Notes under the pieces: model-generated | Told to the model about the DNA's origin: nothing | Database searches by the model: none | Seen by the model: only the letters and a program-made list of their open reading frames with translations | Translations under genes and position numbers: made by a program | NCBI GenBank assembly: GCA_963662665.2 | Contig: CAXXJS010000021.1 | Location: 1-64,000, forward strand | DNA from: Candidatus Latescibacterota bacterium | GTDB lineage: Bacteria; Latescibacterota; UBA2968; GCA-2709665 | Length of the DNA: 64,000 bases | Reading direction: 5' to 3' | Part shown: positions 59,097 through 64,000 of the stretch, in pieces | Position numbering within the stretch: position 1 is the first letter of the stretch | Layout: every line of letters starts with the position of its first letter

Positions 59097-60932
59097 CTAC
59101 CGTTCATACCATCCCGCCTGTAGTGCCCACATCCGGGCGTACTCTCCTTTTTGGTCGACCAGTTCATCGTGGGTACCTGTTTCAACCAGCCGCCCTTCTT
59201 TCAGGACGAGGATCCGGTCGCACATCCGCGCCGAGCCCAGCCGATGGGATACCATGATCGTGGTGCGTCCGCCGGCCATGGCGAGAAAGCGGCGGAATAC
59301 GTCTGCCTCTGCCATCGGATCCAGGGAGGCGGTCGGCTCGTCCAGGACGACGAGGTCGGCGTCGCGCATGAATCCCCTGGAGATCGCAACGCGCTGCCAC
59401 TCCCCGCCTGACAGCTCCGTGGCGCCTTCGAATTCCCTGCCAAGCAGGGTTTCATATCCCTCCGGGAGCCGGCCGGCAACGGCGTCGGCCCCGCCCCGTT
59501 GTGCTGCACGCTCGATTTCGCCCGGCTCTCGCATCCGCTTCCAGTGTCCGAAACCGATGTTCTCACCCAGGGTGAAGGCGAAGCGTGTGTAGTCCTGGAA
59601 CACCGCCGTGCAACGGTTCCACACTTCGTCCCGGTTGGTCAGGTTTCCCGGGAGGTTACCGTAATTCAGATCGCCGGCGGTTGGACGGAACAGCCCCAGC
59701 AGGACCTTGACGAGCGTCGTCTTGCCCGAGCCGTTCTCGCCGACAAGGGCGACCCGCTCGCCGGGTCGAATGGCCATGGTGACATCGTTGATCGCGTGAC
59801 GTTCTGTCTGTGGATACCTGAACGACAGGGCTTTGGTTGTGATCGCTTTGCCTTTGAGCGTGGCGATGTTGGCGCCGCCGGGCGGTTCTTCAGGGCCGAG
59901 GTCCAGGTAGATGAACAGGTCGGCGATGTTCAACAGCTGGATTGCAAGAAAGCTCATGCGGTTTACGAGGTGGTCAGCACCGGTTCGTACCTGACGCAGG
60001 GCGACCAGCATTGCGGCGAACTGACCGGCGGACAGCCCGCCCGCGAGGACGGCCCACGCCGACCAGCCCACGGCGCCGGCAAATGCCACAAGGCTGACGG
60101 CAGACAGGCAGCCACCGGTGGCGTGATGCCTGCGTCTCTGGCGGTAAAGGGAATCTGCGGCCTGCCAATAGAGGTGATCCCACCACGCGGCCAGGTTGGG
60201 CCCGAGCCGAAACACCCGCACTTCTTTAGCAGCGTCGCGTTCAGTCAGCGTACTCTCCAGATATCCCTGCAGCCTCTGGGCTTGTGTCGCTCTTCGAAAA
60301 GTGTAAAACCTGCCCCGGTCGTGAATCAGACTCATCAGGGGCGGCGGCAGCGAGACGAGCACGACGGCGAGGAGGAGTACCGGGTTCCAGAGCCCGACAA
60401 CGATGGCAACGGAGACCGCCGTTACCGTTCCGGCAAAGATAGATCGGATTTCGCCAAATAGGTTCAGGAAAAAGCCGGGGGTGGCGGCCTCCTGGGCGCG
60501 CCGCAGGAGGTCGTGGAAGTCGGCCCGTTCGAAGACCTCCAGGTGAAGCGAACGGGACTTGACCTGGAGTTGTTCGAGTAGCCGGTCCTCCAGTTCCTGC
60601 TTCACTCGCTCAAGCAGAATCACTCGGCTCCAGGCCATGATGCCGTTTTCCGCCACGCTGACGGCCGCCCAGAGCACCAGCCAGGGGAGCATGGAATTGA
60701 CCGGCAATTCGCCTTCGTACACGCCGACGCCACGGTCGACGAGTTCACGCACGACCCAGACCGTCGCGGCCGGCAGCACGCCTACGGTGAACTCCAGTGT
60801 AAGCGCGACGATAACCCGCTGCGGGTCGATGCGGATCATCCAGCCCAGGAAGCGGAAGAGGGTCCGGGGACCGCGCGGGCGCTTCAGAATGGGATCGGGT
60901 TCTACCGGTACCACGATGCCTGTTCCTCCCAC
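59097..60932 (-). CDS. ABC exporter, fused permease/ATP-binding subunit (start may be slightly downstream)
   Basis: TM domain; GENGSGKT, LSGGEWQR, LDEPTA, SHR. Confidence 0.92.
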   Translation of the reverse strand: MGGTGIVVPVEPDPILKRPRGPRTLFRFLGWMIRIDPQRVIVALTLEFTVGVLPAATVWVVRELVDRGVGVYEGELPVNSMLPWLVLWAAVSVAENGIMAWSRVILLERVKQELEDRLLEQLQVKSRSLHLEVFERADFHDLLRRAQEAATPGFFLNLFGEIRSIFAGTVTAVSVAIVVGLWNPVLLLAVVLVSLPPPLMSLIHDRGRFYTFRRATQAQRLQGYLESTLTERDAAKEVRVFRLGPNLAAWWDHLYWQAADSLYRQRRRHHATGGCLSAVSLVAFAGAVGWSAWAVLAGGLSAGQFAAMLVALRQVRTGADHLVNRMSFLAIQLLNIADLFIYLDLGPEEPPGGANIATLKGKAITTKALSFRYPQTERHAINDVTMAIRPGERVALVGENGSGKTTLVKVLLGLFRPTAGDLNYGNLPGNLTNRDEVWNRCTAVFQDYTRFAFTLGENIGFGHWKRMREPGEIERAAQRGGADAVAGRLPEGYETLLGREFEGATELSGGEWQRVAISRGFMRDADLVVLDEPTASLDPMAEADVFRRFLAMAGGRTTIMVSHRLGSARMCDRILVLKEGRLVETGTHDELVDQKGEYARMWALQAGWYER

Positions 60933-62818
60933 ATGCCGGCGTAGACGCCCCCGCAGGCCAGGAGATCGTCGTGATGACCCTCCTCCACGATACGGCCCCG
61001 CTGGAGTACGAGGATGCGATCGGCCATGCGTGCTGAGCCGAGCCGATGGCTGATCAGCAGGGCAGTTCGCCCACGGAGGAGTTCGGCGAACTGCCGGTAT
61101 AGCGCCGCCTCCGCCACCGCATCGAGCGCCGCGGCCGGCTCGTCGAGGATGAGCAATTCCGGATCACGGGTGAAAGCCCGTGCGATGGCGATGCGCTGCC
61201 ATTCGCCGCCGGACAGCCCCTGCCCGCCGTCGAGGACGTGCCCGACAGGGGTGTCGTAGCCATTGGGAAGCCGTCCGGCGATCTCGTCGGCGCCGGCGCG
61301 CCGGGCAGCCTCCGCGGCCACCGACATGTGGGGCTGCATCCCCGCTGGCCACAGTTCGGTGGCTGGCCCGTCACCCGAAGTGCCCAGAGTGCCGATGCCG
61401 ATGGATTGCCCCAGGGTGAGTTCGAACCGGCAGTAGTCCTGGAACGCGGCGCTTACGGCGCCTCCCAGGCTGTCCGGGTCAATATCGGCATAGTCCAGTC
61501 CGTCGGCGGTCACGCGCCCCAAGGTGGGGGCGTAGAGACCAAGCAGGATCTTTGCCAGAGTGGACTTGCCGGCGCCGTTGTCACCGACGAGGGCGACGCG
61601 TTCGCCCCGCTGCACGTTGAAACTGACCCCATGCAGCACGGACGGTGTTTCCTCACCGGAACCGGATGCGGGGTAGGCGAAGTGTACGTCGTCCACGGAA
61701 AAGCCCTTTCGGACGGGGCGTGGAAAGGAAGCCCCACCCGAAGAACCGGCTGTCACGGCGGGCGCTTCCGTTTCAGCCAAATTGCTATCCCGTTGATCGA
61801 AGAACTCGCGTACGTAACCGACTAGCGAAGAGCGCTCCTGTAACTCGCGGGAGTTGTAGCCGAGACTGGCACCCGCGCCCAGCATATCGGCCACACCCTG
61901 GAACAGCGCCACGAATTGTCCAGGCGTGAGTACACGGTCTCCAAGGAGGTACGTGAGGACCACGGCCACGCCGACACCCACCGCAACCCGCAATCCGGTT
62001 GCGGGCAATTCCCTCGCGACCTGTCGTTGGCGCTGATCCAGCAGTCGTTTACGCAAGACCTGCCGCATCGTCCGCCAGCGCCCGGTTAACGGCGTGAAAA
62101 GGACGAAGAGACGCATTTCCTTCTGTTCCGACCGACCTGTCAGGATGCGGTTCACGTATCCGGCGCGGCGTTCCTCCGGCGTCTCCCCGTAGGTGAAGGA
62201 CATGAACATTCGGCTCTGCTGTATCGCCAGGAGGATCTGCGGGATCAGCACCGCCACCAGTGCCAGAGAGATCCACGGAGAAACCGTGAAGAACATGACG
62301 GCCACCGAAACGGCCTTGATTGCGGCCTGGAAAAAATGCAGGGCGGCGAAGAAAAGCCGATCGAGTTTGCGGCCCGGGTCCCGGGCGCGTTCTAGGCGGT
62401 CGTAGGTCCCGCTGACGTCAAAGAACAAAAGAGATAGCCGGGACGAACGTTCGAGTAGCCGTCTGCCCAGGATGTGTGCGAGGTTCTGTTCCATCCTGAG
62501 ATGAAGGATATCCCGCACGTTCCAGAGTACTTCTCTGGTGAGCAGTTGAATCAGGCCGAATGCAATCAGCCACGGCAGGATATCGTCAAAGCCGGACATG
62601 CCGCCGCCGGCCGCATCGACCACGGCGTCGACGAGGTGCCTGGTCACGTAAATGAGCAACGCCGGCTGGATTCCAAGCAGAACGTGAATGGCAATCAGGC
62701 AGAGCGCAGCCGGTCTGGCGTGAGCCCGAATGTGGCGCCACGTCCACCACAGGTTGGCGAAAATCGCGCCGGCGTTCTCGCGGCGGATCCAGTATTCGAG
62801 GTCGGATCGCGGCAGCAT
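60902..62818 (-). CDS. ABC exporter, fused permease/ATP-binding subunit
   Basis: TM domain; GDNGAGKS, LSGGEWQR, LDEPAA, SHR; tandem paralog suggests a heterodimer. Confidence 0.92.
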   Translation of the reverse strand: MLPRSDLEYWIRRENAGAIFANLWWTWRHIRAHARPAALCLIAIHVLLGIQPALLIYVTRHLVDAVVDAAGGGMSGFDDILPWLIAFGLIQLLTREVLWNVRDILHLRMEQNLAHILGRRLLERSSRLSLLFFDVSGTYDRLERARDPGRKLDRLFFAALHFFQAAIKAVSVAVMFFTVSPWISLALVAVLIPQILLAIQQSRMFMSFTYGETPEERRAGYVNRILTGRSEQKEMRLFVLFTPLTGRWRTMRQVLRKRLLDQRQRQVARELPATGLRVAVGVGVAVVLTYLLGDRVLTPGQFVALFQGVADMLGAGASLGYNSRELQERSSLVGYVREFFDQRDSNLAETEAPAVTAGSSGGASFPRPVRKGFSVDDVHFAYPASGSGEETPSVLHGVSFNVQRGERVALVGDNGAGKSTLAKILLGLYAPTLGRVTADGLDYADIDPDSLGGAVSAAFQDYCRFELTLGQSIGIGTLGTSGDGPATELWPAGMQPHMSVAAEAARRAGADEIAGRLPNGYDTPVGHVLDGGQGLSGGEWQRIAIARAFTRDPELLILDEPAAALDAVAEAALYRQFAELLRGRTALLISHRLGSARMADRILVLQRGRIVEEGHHDDLLACGGVYAGMWEEQASWYR

Positions 62819-62948
62819 CAGAGGTTCCCTTCAGGCGTTCGTCTATCGTACAATTGGTTCCGGCATGCAGGACAAAGATAAGACATCCATCCCACGCTAT
62901 CAATGGCAAAAATACACTTAAGTAGATGTTTATAAATATTTTATATAC

Positions 62949-62977
62949 TTGACTTTTGGGTCGATTTCTGTTATATT
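62949..62977 (+). promoter_or_regulatory. Sigma70-type promoter
   Basis: TTGACT - 17 bp - TATATT with AT-rich upstream tract. Confidence 0.65.
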
Positions 62978-62993
62978 ATATACGTCGGAAATC

Positions 62994-63038
62994 AACGAGG
63001 GAGTTGAAGGCATTTGCCTTCAACTCCCTCGTTTTTTT
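62994..63038 (+). terminator. Rho-independent terminator
   Basis: Perfect 18-bp stem AACGAGGGAGTTGAAGGC / GCCTTCAACTCCCTCGTT, ATTT loop, T7 tract. Confidence 0.85.
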
Positions 63039-63155
63039 GTGTCCCGGTTCCGAAATTCGCCTGAGGCGCCATGCCGGAAGGTAAATGGACCGGGTTGCGG
63101 TATCAACCGGACGCGAACAGTCGGCTTAGCCTCTGCTGACCGGTCTACCTGAGAC

Positions 63156-63412
63156 TCACGACGGCTCGTGCTGATATCGCTCGGCGTTAATGTCCAGCAC
63201 TCTTCGAGTCATGCTCTGGTAGGATACGCCGTTCTGCCGCGCGCTTGCCTTGAAGAAATCGACGCTCCTCTTGTTTGGATTAAGGGTCACCCGTAGGTTT
63301 CCTCTCGCAGGACAAGCCGGTCGGGAGACGGCAGAAAGTCCGGAATTACCTCGGCCTGTTCGATTGCTCCCGCAAGTTTGGCAGATGCTTTTTCATATTT
63401 CATTTTGCTCAT
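63156..63412 (-). pseudogene. CopG/BrnA-like antitoxin with a 1-nt frameshift
   Basis: DFLPSPDRLVLREE then VTL...RSVDFFK..A...GVSYQ.M.RRVLD in another frame; span is 257 nt. Confidence 0.75.
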
Positions 63413-63455
63413 AACGCTTTCTTCCTTCCCGCCAATAACCGGCGCCGAAAATGCG
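63393..63455 (-). pseudogene. C-terminal remnant of BrnT-like toxin
   Basis: RIFGAGYWREGRKRYEQNEI* overlapping the antitoxin start; begins only 7 nt after the porin stop. Confidence 0.65.
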
Positions 63456-63462
63456 TTGGCTG

Positions 63463-64000
63463 CTATCGGTGGTGGAATCCGTGGTTAATATCCAGCCGGA
63501 CGCCTATTACCAATGCGTTCTCGAGTCCCGGATCAGCGCCCGGATTGAGGATGTATTGGAGGTCCGGCTGGACCTGCAATATGTCGCTGATCCGAAGAAC
63601 ATACGTGAACTCAAATGCGGTCTCATGGCTTTCCGCGCCGGCAGCAGCGCGAAAATCCGCGCTGCACCGCGCCATGGCCATGGATATCCCAACCTGGTCG
63701 TCCGGCCTGTGCGGGACGAATCCGGACATCACCATCCCGGCGCCGAAGTACCTATCGAAGGGATTGAGCGCGCCGTTGGCGGTTCCTAAGCGAATGAAAG
63801 CCGATGTGCTCCGTCCGTCGGCGTCCGTGTTGGTCGCGCCTTCGGCAAATCCATACCATCCGGCATTCCCGTCCCGGCGCACCGGATTACCCGTGGCGTC
63901 GGTCTCTCGAATCGCTTCGAAGTCGGCGCTATAAGAGAATGCGCCGAGACCCATCCGCCAGGCGCCGAAGAATTCTCGTGTGTACTCGAAGGCATGTAAG
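63463..64000 (-). CDS. oprB: Carbohydrate-selective porin (OprB family), 5' part outside window
   Basis: RPDDQVGI, E...E.TY, VQPDLQYILNPG, NALVIGVR. Confidence 0.85.
   Translation of the reverse strand, partial: LHAFEYTREFFGAWRMGLGAFSYSADFEAIRETDATGNPVRRDGNAGWYGFAEGATNTDADGRSTSAFIRLGTANGALNPFDRYFGAGMVMSGFVPHRPDDQVGISMAMARCSADFRAAAGAESHETAFEFTYVLRISDILQVQPDLQYILNPGADPGLENALVIGVRLDINHGFHHR

Noticed and set aside
59097-62818. ABC pair as the exporter for a product of the giant glycosyltransferase
   Set aside because: Opposite strand, about 7 kb away, host-like composition, and not Wzm/Wzt type
1-64000. CRISPR array, tRNA, rRNA, integrase or phage structural genes
   Set aside because: No regularly spaced repeats or recognisable RNA genes by eye, and no tyrosine/serine recombinase motifs in the ORF track

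Overview
GC-rich bacterial chromosomal window in three parts. (1) 1-17.5 kb: a run of 13 co-oriented catabolic enzyme genes (enolase-family dehydratase, D-aminoacylase, Ntn/penicillin acylase, SDR, 3-hydroxyacyl-CoA dehydrogenase, CoA-transferase A/B, creatininase, FAH, desaturase-like, two paralogous unknowns, Zn-ADH), then a reverse MBL hydrolase and a GGCT gene. (2) 17.5-59 kb: an integrase-free, all-plus-strand defence island that looks like two stacked, related blocks. Block 1 is an XRE-SNF2-DUF3883 helicase / DUF1156 methyltransferase / DUF499 ATPase (restriction-like, BREX-related) operon with STAND-nuclease, OLD-family, PIN TA and two ABC-ATPase/TOPRIM-like passenger modules nested between its core genes. 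Block 2 begins at a diverged second copy of the GGCT 3' end. It holds a broken hsdS, an IS3-family element, an Avs-like nuclease-STAND protein, an OLD-like ATPase, a 1765-aa protein with four glycosyltransferase-like domains plus kinase-like and SAM-methyltransferase domains, eroded copies of block-1 segments, and a YhaO/YhaN (SbcD/SbcC-like) pair. (3) 59-64 kb: a reverse-strand heterodimeric ABC exporter, a promoter followed immediately by a terminator, a decayed BrnT-type TA pair and a partial OprB porin. The strongest candidate for an undescribed system is the giant GT-kinase-MTase protein in defence context. All calls come from motif reading by eye; no database searches were run.
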